Source of the DNA: an uncultured delta proteobacterium
GTDB taxonomy: Bacteria; Myxococcota_A; UBA9160; SZUA-336
Assembly: GCA_963704165.1 (NCBI GenBank)
Contig: CAVPHD010000011.1
Location: forward strand, 160,001-224,000
Direction: 5' to 3'
Length of the DNA stretch: 64,000 nucleotides
Made by a program: the position numbers and the translations under genes. Of this stretch, positions 11,986-25,676 are shown in pieces (the first letter of the stretch is position 1; every line of letters starts with the position of its first letter). The notes below the pieces were generated by a model. The model was given only the letters and a program-made list of their open reading frames with translations, searched no databases and had not been told where the DNA came from.

Positions 11986-12894
11986 ATGCCGGGAATCTGC
12001 GAGGGGCGGGTCGTCATCGTCACGGGCGCGGGCCGCGGGATCGGCCGAGGCCACGCGCTCGAGTTCGCACGGCAAGGCGCACGCGTGGTGGTGAACGACA
12101 TCGGCGCGGAGCTCGACGGCAGCGGCGGTTCGAGCGGACCCGCGGGCGAGGTCGTCGCCGAGATTCGGGCTTCGGGCGGTCACGCGATCGCGAGCGGACA
12201 CGACGTCGCGGACTGGGCGAGCTCCCGGCAATTGGTCGATGCGGCGCTCGAAGCCTTCGGACGGCTCGACGTCGTGGTCAACAACGCGGGAATCCTGCGC
12301 GATCGCATGTTCGCGAGCGGCTCACCTGAGGAATGGGATGCGGTCATGCGCGTGCACCTGCGCGGGCACTTCTGCACGTCACGCCACGCGGCCGCGCACT
12401 GGCGCGAGCAGAGCAAGGCGGGCCAGCGCGTAGACGCGCGCATCATCAACACGAGCTCCGGGGCCGGACTGCTCGGCAGCGTCGGGCAGAGCGCGTACTC
12501 GGCGGCCAAGGCCGGGATCGCCGCGCTGACGCTGGTGCAGGCCGCCGAGCTCGGGCGGTACGGCGTGACGGCCAACGCGATCGCACCGGCCGCGCGCACG
12601 CGGATGACCGAAGCGGTCTTCGCCGAGACGATGGCGAAGCCGGAACCGGATCGCTTCGACGTCATGGCCGCGGAGAACGTCGCGCCGCTCGTCGTCTGGC
12701 TCGGCAGCGCGGAGTCGAGCGCCGTCAGCGGACGGATCTTCGAGGTCGAAGGCGGCCGGGTCTCCGTCGCCGACGGCTGGCGGCGCGGCCCGGCCGTCGA
12801 CAAGGGCGCGCGCTGGGAGCCCGACGAGATCGGCGCCGCCGTCGCGGAGATCCTCGCGAAGGCGACGCCCCCGGAGCCGGTCTACGGCGCCTGA
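11986..12894 (+). CDS. Short-chain dehydrogenase/reductase (Rv3548c-like)
   Basis: TGAGRGIG, NNAGILRD, YSAAK. Confidence 0.85.
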   Translation: MPGICEGRVVIVTGAGRGIGRGHALEFARQGARVVVNDIGAELDGSGGSSGPAGEVVAEIRASGGHAIASGHDVADWASSRQLVDAALEAFGRLDVVVNNAGILRDRMFASGSPEEWDAVMRVHLRGHFCTSRHAAAHWREQSKAGQRVDARIINTSSGAGLLGSVGQSAYSAAKAGIAALTLVQAAELGRYGVTANAIAPAARTRMTEAVFAETMAKPEPDRFDVMAAENVAPLVVWLGSAESSAVSGRIFEVEGGRVSVADGWRRGPAVDKGARWEPDEIGAAVAEILAKATPPEPVYGA

Positions 12895-12903
12895 CCGACG
12901 CGC

Positions 12904-13686
12904 TCAGGCGCGCTGCGAGCTCACGGCGACGACCTCGCCGGTCATGTACGACGCGTAGTCGCTCGCGAGGAAGACCATCACGTTCGCGACCTCCCACGGT
13001 GCGGCCGCGCGCTGGAACGCCTCGCGTCCCGCCAGCTCCGCGAGCTCGGCCTCGGGCATCGTCTTCGACAGGAAGCGGTGCATCGCGAGACTCGGCGACA
13101 CCGCGTTCACGCGCACCCCCGCCTCGGCCGCCTCGATCGCGGCACAACGGGTGAGAGCCATGACGCCCGCCTTCGCGGCCGCGTAGTGCGCCTGTCCCGC
13201 TTGCGCGCGCCAACCGAGCACCGATGCGTTGTTGACGATCGCGCCGCTGCGCCGCTCGAGCATGTGGGGCAGAACCGCGCGCATCATGCGGAACGTGCCG
13301 TTCAACGTGACGTCGAGGACGCGGCTCCACTCTTCGTCCTTCATCTCGACGATCGTCGCGACGCCGCCGAGGCCCGCGTTGTTGATCAGCACGTCGACGT
13401 GACCGAGCTGCCCGATCGCCGCGTCCACGAGCGCCCGAACGTCCGGCTCGCGCGTCACGTCGCAGATCTGTGTAGGCGGACGCGCCCCGGTGGTCCCTTC
13501 GAGCTCGTCCGCAGCCTCGCCGAGGCGCCGCGCGTGGACGTCGCTGATCATCACGCGCGCACCCTCCTCCGCGCAGCGACGCGCGACGGCGAAGCCGATT
13601 CCGGTGCCCGCGGCCGCCGTCACCAGCACCGTCTTCCCGGCGAGGAGGTTTCGGCTCGTAGGATAGGGAGGCAGGTCCCGGCTCAT
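12904..13686 (-). CDS. ipdF: IpdF-like SDR
   Basis: Distinctive VTAAAGTGIG, NNASVLGWRAQ, YAAAK, VSSQRA. Confidence 0.8.
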   Translation of the reverse strand: MSRDLPPYPTSRNLLAGKTVLVTAAAGTGIGFAVARRCAEEGARVMISDVHARRLGEAADELEGTTGARPPTQICDVTREPDVRALVDAAIGQLGHVDVLINNAGLGGVATIVEMKDEEWSRVLDVTLNGTFRMMRAVLPHMLERRSGAIVNNASVLGWRAQAGQAHYAAAKAGVMALTRCAAIEAAEAGVRVNAVSPSLAMHRFLSKTMPEAELAELAGREAFQRAAAPWEVANVMVFLASDYASYMTGEVVAVSSQRA

Positions 13687-13749
13687 CGTCGGAGCCGAGG
13701 ATATCGGATCCGGCGGCCTCGGTGCGACGCCGGCTCGGCTCCGAAGTGC

Positions 13750-13796
13750 TTGACTTCAGAGGCGTTCAGGGAAAAACTAGCGGCCGCTAGTATTTC
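13750..13796 (+). promoter_or_regulatory. TTGACT -35 box and palindromic operator ACTAGCGGCCGCTAGT upstream of tetR
   Basis: Perfect 16-bp palindrome at 13776-13791, extendable to 13771-13796 with one mismatched pair. Confidence 0.65.
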
Positions 13797-13807
13797 TCGG
13801 AGGCGAT

Positions 13808-14500
13808 GTGCAGCTGTCCGCCCGCTCGAGTCCGGCCGCCTCTCCGCGCGCGTCGCGAAAAGGGGATCTCACGGCCGGCCGCATCCTCGACGCGGCCGAG
13901 GAGCTCTTCGCGGAGCGCGGCTACGCGGGCACCACCCTGCGCCAGATCGCGACGCGCGTCGGCCTTCGCAACCCGAGCCTGTACAACCACTTCCCGAGCA
14001 AGGAATCGCTCTACGCGGCCGTGCTCGAGCGCGGACTGCGGCCGGTGCTCGAGGCCTTGTCCGAGCACACCGCGGGTGGCGGCGCGTCGAGCGGCGATCC
14101 GCACCAGCTCGTCGGGCGGATGATGCGACTGCTCAGCGCGCGACCGAGCCTGCCGCGATTGATTCAGCACGAGACGCTCTCCGGAGGCGATCACCTCGGG
14201 CCCGCGTTGCGCGAGTGGATCGAACCGATCCTGCGCCGCGCCCGCGAGGCGGTCGAGGCGAACCCGGCGGCCGGCCGCTGGGAGGCGGACCAGATCCCGC
14301 TGCTCGTCCTCGCCATGTACCACGCCGTGGTCGGCTACTTCACGATCGCGCCGTTCTACCGGCGGATCGACGGCGAGGATCTTCTCGGCGAAGCGGCGCT
14401 CGAGCGGCAAACGCGTTTCCTCGGCGAGCTTTCGCGCGCCCTGCTTCCGAATCCACCCGAGAGCACGAAGCGCCGCGCTCCGGCGACTACCAGGGAGTGA
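13808..14500 (+). CDS. TetR/AcrR family regulator
   Basis: ILDAAEELFAERGY...SLYNHFPSKESLY. Confidence 0.9.
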   Translation: MQLSARSSPAASPRASRKGDLTAGRILDAAEELFAERGYAGTTLRQIATRVGLRNPSLYNHFPSKESLYAAVLERGLRPVLEALSEHTAGGGASSGDPHQLVGRMMRLLSARPSLPRLIQHETLSGGDHLGPALREWIEPILRRAREAVEANPAAGRWEADQIPLLVLAMYHAVVGYFTIAPFYRRIDGEDLLGEAALERQTRFLGELSRALLPNPPESTKRRAPATTRE

Positions 14501-14504
14501 TCCG

Positions 14505-15731
14505 ATGGACGTGAACGTGAACTACCTCGCCGCCGAGAGCTGGGACGAGAAGATGCCCGAGCGCACGCGCTGGCTTCGCGAGAACGATCCCGTGCACTGG
14601 TCCGAGAAGAGCGGTGTCTGGGTCGTCACGAAGTTCGACGACGTCCGCTACGTGTCGAAGCATCAGGAGCTTTTCACCTCCGGGAAGGGCGTGCGCCCAG
14701 GAATCGCCGCGAGGATCGGACTGATCGACGAAGCGGAGCCGCGCCACGGCATGCTGCGCGGCTTGATCAATCGCGGCTTCACGCCGCGGATGGTGAAGAA
14801 GCTCGAGGTCGTGTTTCGCGAGCTCACGCGCCAGGCGATCGACGCGATCGCGCCGCGAGGTGAATGCGACTTCGTCGACGCCATCTCCGTGCCCCTGCCG
14901 CTGCTTCTGATCGCCGAGATGATCGGTATCCGCCCGGAGGACCGGAAGCAGTTCCACCACTGGTCGGACAACATGATCGGCGCCGACGGAAATGCCGGGA
15001 ATCCCGAGATCATGCAGCGCGCCGTCGGGGCGTTCATGGCGTACTCGGCCTACGTCTCCGAGATCATCGAGGCCCGCCGCAAGGAGCCGCGCGACGATCT
15101 GGTCAGCATCCTGGTCGGCGCGAAGGACCAGGGCGTGCTCGGCCGCTTCGACGTCCGCGAGCTTCCCGGAGAAGCGGCCGAGGGCCAGCTCGAGCTCGCC
15201 AACGACGAGCTGATCATGCTGCTCGTCATCCTGATGGTGGCCGGGAACGAGACCACGCGGAACGGGCTCTCCGGCGGCCTGCAGCTCTTGATCGAGAACC
15301 CGCGCGAGCGCGCGAAGCTGCTCGCCGACCCGTCGTTGCTTCCGTCGGCGATCGAGGAGATGATCCGGCTGGTGTCACCGGTCCGCAGCTTCGGGCGCAC
15401 GGTCACCGAGGACACGGAGCTGCGCGGCCGCAAGCTTCGCAACGGAGACACGGTGCTGATGCTCTACCCGTCTGCGAATCGCGACGCCGACGCGTTCGAC
15501 GCGCCCGACGAGTTCCGCGTCGAGCGCAACCCGACGCACCTCGGCTTCGGGGTGGGGAACCATTTCTGCCTCGGCGCCAACCTCGCGCGGATGGAGATGC
15601 GGGTCGTCTTCGAGGAGCTGCTCCGGCGCCTTCCCGACATGGAATACGCGGACGGTGGGCCGGTGCTGCGTCCGAACGCGCTGGTGCGCTCCTGCGTCGA
15701 GATGCGCGTGCGCTACACGCCCGAGACGTGA
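14505..15731 (+). CDS. Cytochrome P450 (CYP142/CYP125-like by context)
   Basis: AGNETT I-helix, EMIR ExxR, FGVGNHFCLG heme motif. Confidence 0.9.
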   Translation: MDVNVNYLAAESWDEKMPERTRWLRENDPVHWSEKSGVWVVTKFDDVRYVSKHQELFTSGKGVRPGIAARIGLIDEAEPRHGMLRGLINRGFTPRMVKKLEVVFRELTRQAIDAIAPRGECDFVDAISVPLPLLLIAEMIGIRPEDRKQFHHWSDNMIGADGNAGNPEIMQRAVGAFMAYSAYVSEIIEARRKEPRDDLVSILVGAKDQGVLGRFDVRELPGEAAEGQLELANDELIMLLVILMVAGNETTRNGLSGGLQLLIENPRERAKLLADPSLLPSAIEEMIRLVSPVRSFGRTVTEDTELRGRKLRNGDTVLMLYPSANRDADAFDAPDEFRVERNPTHLGFGVGNHFCLGANLARMEMRVVFEELLRRLPDMEYADGGPVLRPNALVRSCVEMRVRYTPET

Positions 15732-15768
15732 GCGGCTCGCGGCAGATCCGAGGCGAAGGAGAACGGAC

Positions 15769-16741
15769 GTGACGGGGTCGGGAAGCGCCGCGCTGATGGA
15801 GCGCATTCGCGAGTTCGTGGGTCGGGAGACCCCGAGCGCGGGATCTCGCGATCCCGTCAACCTGCCGATGATCCGGCACTGGTGCGACGCACTCGGCGAC
15901 GCGAACCCGAACTACACCGATCCGGATCGCGCCGCCCGCTCCCCTCACCGCGGCATCGTCGCTCCGCCGACGATGCTTCAGGCCTGGACGCTGCAGGGAC
16001 TCGGTCCCCGACCCGAGACGACCGGCCCGGACGTGCAGGCGTCGGTGCTCGGACTGCTCGACGAGGCCGGCTTCACGTCGGTCGTCGCGACGAACTGCGA
16101 GCAGGAATACCACCGCTACCTCGCGCTCGGCGACTCGCTGACGGCCTCGATCGTGATCGACTCCGTCTCCGACGAGAAGAAGACGGCGCTCGGGACGGGA
16201 CACTTCGTGAACGAGACGCTGATCTACCGCGACCAGCGCGGCGAACCGGTCGCGACGATGCGCTTCCGCCTGCTCAAGTTCCGCCCGCCCGAGGCGCGCG
16301 CGGGAGCCGGCGCGACGGATTCCGCGGTCCGGAAGATCTCGCGCCCGCGGCCCGCGATCACGCACGACAACGCCTTCTTCTGGGAGGGAGTCGCGGCCGG
16401 CGAGCTGCGCATCCAGCGCTGCCAGCCGTGCGGCCGACTTCGCCACCCACCGGGGCCGATGTGCCCGAGCGTGCCGGAGTCTCGACTGGGACACGGTGCG
16501 GTCGAAGGGGCACGGTCGCGTCTACAGCTTCGTGATCGCGCATCATCCGCCGGTGCCGCCGTTCGACTACCCCAATCCGATCGCGCTTGTCGAGCTCGAA
16601 GAGGGAACGCGCCTCGTGTCGAACCTGATCGGCGTCCGGCCCGCCGACGTCCGGATCGGCATGCCGGTGCAGGTGGAGTTCACGCGCGTGGACGGTGACT
16701 TCACCGTGCCCGAGTTCCGCCCGCGAGAAGGCGTTCGCTGA
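15769..16741 (+). CDS. chsH2: ChsH2-like MaoC + DUF35 Zn-ribbon/OB-fold protein, frameshift near 16470
   Basis: [25 protein letters not shown]...[18 protein letters not shown]. Confidence 0.8.
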
Positions 16742-17178
16742 TGTCGACGGAGCAAGGCAACCGCTCCTGGCACGACGTCGAAGTGGGCCACGAGCTCCCC
16801 GACCTGCGCGTCCCCATCACGCCCACGCTGATCATCGGCGGCGCGATCGCGTCGCGCGACTACCAGGACGTGCACCACGACCGCGACTGGCGAAGAAGCA
16901 CGGCTCGCCGGACATCTTCATGAACATCCTGACCGACCAACGGACTGGTCGGCCGATTCGTCACCGACTGGGCCGGACCGGATGCCCGGCTCAAGAAGGT
17001 CGCGATCCGGCTCGGCGTCCCGAACTACCCCGGCGACGAGATGAAGCTCACCGGCGTCGTGACGGCGAAGACCCGCGATCCGTCCGGCGACTGGGTCGAG
17101 ATCGAGATCCGCGGACGCAACGGTCTGGGCGATCACGTGACGGGCAGCGTGCAGATCGCGCTCGCGGGGGAAGGCTGA
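16741..17178 (+). CDS. chsH1: ChsH1-like MaoC hydratase subunit, frameshifted
   Basis: [30 protein letters not shown]. Confidence 0.8.
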
Positions 17179-17179
17179 G

Positions 17180-18361
17180 ATGGCCGGCGAGCTCAGCGAC
17201 CGCGCCGCGATCGTCGGCATCGGCGCGACCGAGTTCTCGAAGGACGTCCGGTCGCAGCGAGCTCCGCCTCGCCGTCGAGGCGGTGAAGGCCGCGCTCGAC
17301 GACGCGGGACTCGCGCCGCGAAGACGTCGACGGGATGTCGACGTTCACGATGGACAACAATCCCGAGATCGAGGTCCAGCGCAGCCTCGGAGGCGGCGAG
17401 CTGACGTTCTTCAGCCGCGTCCACTACGGCGGCGGCGCCGCCTGCGCACCGATCGCAGCAGGCCGCGATGGCGGTCGCGACCGGCGTCGCCGACGGTCGT
17501 CGTCGTGCTACCGCGCGATGAACGAGCGGTCCGACTTCCGCTTCGGCACGGGCATGCAGGGTGCGCCGACGATTCCGACGACGGAGAACGCCCACTACGG
17601 CTGGTACATCCCGTTCGGACTTCTGACCCCGGCCTCCTGGGTCGCGATGCACGCGCGGCGCTACATGCACGAGTACGGCGCGACCAGCGAGGACTTCGGG
17701 CGTGTCGCCGTCGCCGCGCGAAGACACGCCGCGACGAATCCAGCCGCCTGGTTCTACGAGCAGCCGATCACGCTCGAGGATCATCAGCGTTCGCGCTGGA
17801 TCGTGCGAGCCGCTGCGCCTGCTCGACTGCTGCCAGGAGAGCGACGGCGCGGTGGCGCTCGTCGTGACCAGCCGCGAGCGCGCGCGCGACCTGCGCCAGA
17901 AGCCGGCGCTGATCGCGGCGCCGCGCAGGGAGCGGCGCACGAGCAGCACATGATGACGAGCTACTACGGCGAGCACATCAGCGGTCTGCCCGAGATGGGC
18001 GTGGTGGCGCGCCAGCTCTACGCCATGGCCGGGCTCGGCCCCGGCGACATCCAGACGGCGGTTCTCTACGACCACTTCACGCCGTTCGTGCTGACCCAGC
18101 TCGAGGAGTTCGGCTTCTGCGGACGGGGTGAAGCCAAGGACTTCGTGCGCGACGGGAACATCGAGCTCGGCGGCCGGCTTCCGATCAACACCAACGGCGG
18201 TCAGCTCGGCGAGGCCTACATCCACGGCATGAACGGCGTCGCCGAGGGCGTGCGCCAGATCCGCGGCACGCTCGGTCAACCAGGTCGAGGCCGTCTCTCA
18301 CGTTCTCGTGACCGCGGGAACGGGCGTGCCGACGAGCGCGCTGGTGCTCGGAAGGGATTGA
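17180..18361 (+). CDS. ltp2: Ltp2-like thiolase-fold aldolase, several frameshifts
   Basis: [39 protein letters not shown]. Confidence 0.8.
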
Positions 18362-18383
18362 TTCGCATGAAGGAGCTACGAAC

Positions 18384-21564
<3,181 letters not shown>

Positions 21565-21572
21565 GAGGAGAC

Positions 21573-22484
21573 ATGCTGGACGGAAAGGTGGCGATCGTGA
21601 CCGGGGCCGCGCGCGGCCTCGGTCGAGTCGAAGCCCTGGAGCTCGCGCGACTCGGGGCGCGCGTGGTCGTGAACGATCTCGGCACGCGCGCCGACGGGAC
21701 GGGCCGCGACGAGGAGCCGGCGCGAGCCGTCGTCGCGGAGATCGCCGCCTCGGGCGGCGAGGCGATCGCCCACTTCGGCGACGTCGCGGTCTGGGACGAC
21801 GCGCGATCGCTGGTTCAGGCCGCCATCGACCGCTTCGGCGATCTCAACATCCTGGTCAACAACGCCGGCTTCCTTCGCGACCGGATGATCTTCAGCATGA
21901 GCGAAGAGGAGTGGGACTCGGTGATTCGCGTTCACCTGAAGGGGCACTTCTGCACGATTCGGCACGCCGCGGAGTACTGGCGCGAGAAGTCGAAATCCAC
22001 CGGCGCGCCGATCTACGGCCGGCTGATCAGCACCTCGTCCGAGGCGTTCCTGATGGGCAACCCGGGTCAGCCGAACTACGCCGCCGCGAAGGCCGGGGTG
22101 GTCGCGCTGACGATGGCCGCCGCGCAGAGCCTGATCAAGTACGGGGTGACGGCCAACGTGATCCTGCCGCGGGCCCGCACGCGCATGAACGAGTCGGGCG
22201 TCTTCGCGGCGATCTTCAAGAAGCCCGAGCAGGGATTCGACGCCTTCGCTCCCGAGAACGTCTCCCCGCTCGTCGGCTATCTGGCTTCCGAGCGGGCGTC
22301 GCGGATCTCCGGCCAGCTCTTCATCGTCTGGGGTCGAAACGTCTCCGTCGTCTCGCGACCCGGAACCGCCGCCAGCTTCGAGAGCGGCGACGCCTGGACC
22401 GTGGACGGGCTCGATCGCGAGCTCAGCCCCCACTTCGCCAAGCTCGAGCCGATCAAAGACGGCTACGTCGTGCCGCAGGTCTAG
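21573..22484 (+). CDS. SDR oxidoreductase (steroid side-chain hydroxyacyl-CoA dehydrogenase-like)
   Basis: TGAARGLG, NNAG, YAAAK. Confidence 0.85.
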   Translation: MLDGKVAIVTGAARGLGRVEALELARLGARVVVNDLGTRADGTGRDEEPARAVVAEIAASGGEAIAHFGDVAVWDDARSLVQAAIDRFGDLNILVNNAGFLRDRMIFSMSEEEWDSVIRVHLKGHFCTIRHAAEYWREKSKSTGAPIYGRLISTSSEAFLMGNPGQPNYAAAKAGVVALTMAAAQSLIKYGVTANVILPRARTRMNESGVFAAIFKKPEQGFDAFAPENVSPLVGYLASERASRISGQLFIVWGRNVSVVSRPGTAASFESGDAWTVDGLDRELSPHFAKLEPIKDGYVVPQV

Positions 22485-22492
22485 GCACGGCC

Positions 22493-24316
22493 GTGCCGAC
22501 CGACACCGTCCCGCGCGAGGTCACGCAGGAGCGATTGGCCGTCCTCTCGGCCGGCACGATGCGCTACAAGCCGAGTCAGAAGTTCACGGTCGCCGACCGG
22601 ATCGAGGAGCGCGCCGCCGCGGATCCGGATCGGGTCTTCGCGTTCTTCGAAGACCGGCGCGTGACCTACGACGAGCTGAATCGCCGCGCGAATCGAGTCG
22701 CCGCGGTCGCGCACGAGCAGGGACTCCGCACCGGCGACGTGGTCGCGCTGATGATGGAGAACCGCCCGGAGTTCGTCTCGACCTGGGCCGGTCTCGCGAA
22801 GCTCGGCGTGACGACGGCGCTGATCAACACGCAGCTCCGCGGCGGGCCGCTCGAACACGCGCTCGAGACGGCGCGCGCGCGCCGTCTCATCGTCGGGAGC
22901 GAGTGTCTCGCGAAGCTCGAATCGGTTCCCGCGGGGGCACACCGCGAACGCCCGGCCATCGACGTCGATCTCGACCCGGATCATCCCGCGCCGATCCCGC
23001 ACTTCGCGACCGACTTCTCCGCGGCGCTCGAAAACGCCTCGGAACTGAACCCCGACCGGAGCGTGCGCGAGGCGCTCGTCGCCGGGGACGATCTCTTCCA
23101 CATCTTCACGTCCGGGACGACCGGCCTGCCGAAGGCCGCGCGTCTCAGCCACATGCGATTCCTCGGCGTCGGCGACGGAATGTCCGCCGTCGCCGGCTAC
23201 GGACGCGACGAAGTGATCGCGTGCGTGCTGCCCCTGTATCACGGAGCCGCGGGCATGGTGGTCGTGTCATGCGCCCTGCATCACGGCGCGGCGATCGCGC
23301 TTCACCGCAGGTTCAGCGCCCGTCACTTCTGGAGCGACGCGAAGCGCTACGGGACGACGGCCTTCCAGTACATCGGCGAGATCTGCCGGTATCTGCTGAA
23401 CCAGCCTGCGAGCGAGCTCGATCGCGCGCATCGGATCCGCGTCATGATGGGAGCCGGACTCGGGCGCGACATCTGGACCGAATTCCAGGAACGCTTCGGA
23501 ATCGAGCGGATCCTCGAGGGCTGGAGCTCGACCGAGGCGAACACATCCCTCTTGAACGTGGACGGACGCGTCGGCTCGTGCGGGCGGATCCCGTTTCCCG
23601 AGCTGCACAACGGCCGCCTGATCCGCTACGACGCGGACACGGGACTCCACCCACGCGGACCGGACGGTCTCTGCCAGCCGTGCGCGACGGGCGAGATCGG
23701 CGAGTTCGTCGGCGTCATCCCCGACCTGCCGGATTCGGGCGCGGGCCGCTTCGAAGGCTACACGTCGAGCGAAGCCACCGCCGCGAAGATCATCCACGAC
23801 GTGCTGCGAAAGGGCGACCGCTGCTACCGCTCCGGCGATCTGCTGCGCTGCGACGACGACGGGTACTACGACTTCGTCGATCGGATCGGCGACACGTTCC
23901 GCTGGAAGAGCGAGAACGTCTCGACGCAGGAGGTCGCCGAGGCGCTCGGCGCCTTCCCCGGTCTCGAGATCGCCAACGTCTTCGGCGTGCGCGTGCCCGA
24001 CACGGAGGGCCGCGCCGGCATGGCCGCGCTGGTCCTGCGCGACCCCTCCGCGTTCGACGGGCGTGCGTTCTACGCCTACACCGAGGAGCGTCTGGCGAGC
24101 TACGCCGCGCCCGTGTTCTTGCGTCTCGTCTCGGACGCCGACATGACCTCGACGTTCAAGCTGCGCAAGGTCGATCTGCAGCGTGAGGGCTACGACCCCG
24201 CGAGGATCGACGATCCGCTCTTCGTCCGGGACCCGGCGAATCGGAGCTACGCGCCGGTCACGACGGAGAACCTCGCGCGCGTCGGCCTGCGGCCGTTCGC
24301 GGGCGATCCCGGCTGA
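22493..24316 (+). CDS. Long-chain acyl-CoA synthetase (FATP-like)
   Basis: FTSGTTGLPK, DRIGDTFRWKSENVS. Confidence 0.88.
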   Translation: MPTDTVPREVTQERLAVLSAGTMRYKPSQKFTVADRIEERAAADPDRVFAFFEDRRVTYDELNRRANRVAAVAHEQGLRTGDVVALMMENRPEFVSTWAGLAKLGVTTALINTQLRGGPLEHALETARARRLIVGSECLAKLESVPAGAHRERPAIDVDLDPDHPAPIPHFATDFSAALENASELNPDRSVREALVAGDDLFHIFTSGTTGLPKAARLSHMRFLGVGDGMSAVAGYGRDEVIACVLPLYHGAAGMVVVSCALHHGAAIALHRRFSARHFWSDAKRYGTTAFQYIGEICRYLLNQPASELDRAHRIRVMMGAGLGRDIWTEFQERFGIERILEGWSSTEANTSLLNVDGRVGSCGRIPFPELHNGRLIRYDADTGLHPRGPDGLCQPCATGEIGEFVGVIPDLPDSGAGRFEGYTSSEATAAKIIHDVLRKGDRCYRSGDLLRCDDDGYYDFVDRIGDTFRWKSENVSTQEVAEALGAFPGLEIANVFGVRVPDTEGRAGMAALVLRDPSAFDGRAFYAYTEERLASYAAPVFLRLVSDADMTSTFKLRKVDLQREGYDPARIDDPLFVRDPANRSYAPVTTENLARVGLRPFAGDPG

Positions 24317-24322
24317 TCGGGC

Positions 24323-25612
24323 TCAGGCGCCGATCGCGTCTTCCGCTTCGCGCAGGTCCGCGCGCAGCGTCCGACTCGCCTGCAGGAAGCCGACGCTGCC
24401 GACGGCGGCGACGATGCCGACGATCACGAGCGAGTACCGGATCGCCTCGACTCCGAATCGCTCGCTGAGGAGATCGTTCGAGAGCCCGACGACGAACGGA
24501 CCCGCCCCGAGTCCCACCATGTTCAGGATGAAGAGCAGAACCGCGGACGACGTCGCGCGCATGTGCGGCTTCGCGATCCCCTGCGTCATCGCGAGCATCG
24601 GCCCGACGAACATCGCGGCGAGCGTGTACGCCGGGATGAAGCAGAGCAGCGCGGCCCGAGGTCCGTCGATCAGCAGGAATCCGACGAGGAACGGGAAGCC
24701 CGCGAGTGACACGGCCGCGCAGAGGAAGACGTTCCAACGCGGATCGCGCGCGCCGAGCCGGTCGGCGATCACGCCGCCGAGATAGGCGCCGAGCGACCCG
24801 CCGATCCCGATGATCAGGCCGAGCCAGGTGCCGATCTCGACCGCGGAGAGGCCATGCACCCGCCCGAGAAAGGCCGGCCCCCACGCCAGCACCGCATAGC
24901 CCGACAGCGACTGACACGAGCCGGCGATCACGATGAAGACGTACGAGCGGCGCGTCAGGAGATAGCGAATCACCTCTCGCGTCGTGGCGGTGCCGATGTC
25001 GCCCCCCGCTTGCTTCGAGAGACGGCGACGGGGCTCGCGGACGCTCCCGCGCACCAGCAGCGCGAGCGCGATTCCGGGCAGGCCGACGAGGAAGAAGACC
25101 GTGCGCCAGTCGAAGTGCGTCAGGATGTAGCTGCCGCCGAGATACGCGATCATCGCGCCGGCGTACACGCCCGACGAGTAGATCGAGAGCGCCGTCGCAC
25201 GGGTCGCCGCCGGGAAGTAGTCCGAGATCAGGGAGTGGGACGGCGGAGTTCCCGCGGCCTCGCCGATTCCGACGCCGACGCGTGCGAGCGCGAGCTCGAC
25301 GAAGCTCCGCGCCAGACCCGACGCCGCCGTCAAGAGGCTCCACACGGCCACGCCCATCGCGATGATCGACGTGCGCGAGCCGCGATCCGCCCAACGCGCG
25401 ATCGGGATACCCGCGAACGTGTAGAAGAACGCGAAGGCGAAGCCCGAGAGGAATCCCATCGCCGTGTCGGACACGCCGAGCTCTCGCTTGATCGGATCGA
25501 GCAGGATCGCGAGCACCTGGCGGTCGATGAAGTTGAACACGTACACCAGCCACAGGACCCCGAGGACGTAGTACGGGTATGCGGGTGAGTCGACCTCGCG
25601 CGTGCGCTGCAT
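24323..25612 (-). CDS. MFS transporter (spinster-like)
   Basis: FNFIDRQ, ARVGVGIGEA, many hydrophobic segments. Confidence 0.88.
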   Translation of the reverse strand: MQRTREVDSPAYPYYVLGVLWLVYVFNFIDRQVLAILLDPIKRELGVSDTAMGFLSGFAFAFFYTFAGIPIARWADRGSRTSIIAMGVAVWSLLTAASGLARSFVELALARVGVGIGEAAGTPPSHSLISDYFPAATRATALSIYSSGVYAGAMIAYLGGSYILTHFDWRTVFFLVGLPGIALALLVRGSVREPRRRLSKQAGGDIGTATTREVIRYLLTRRSYVFIVIAGSCQSLSGYAVLAWGPAFLGRVHGLSAVEIGTWLGLIIGIGGSLGAYLGGVIADRLGARDPRWNVFLCAAVSLAGFPFLVGFLLIDGPRAALLCFIPAYTLAAMFVGPMLAMTQGIAKPHMRATSSAVLLFILNMVGLGAGPFVVGLSNDLLSERFGVEAIRYSLVIVGIVAAVGSVGFLQASRTLRADLREAEDAIGA

Positions 25613-25676
25613 CCCGCCTCCGTTCCCGGTGCGAACGACGGCCGGGAGACCCGAGTGTATGCTACGCGCGCGCGCC

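Noticed and set aside
16440..18361. Programmed frameshifting or pseudogenes in chsH2/chsH1/ltp2
   Set aside because: No slippery sites, several shifts per gene and regional clustering fit sequencing error
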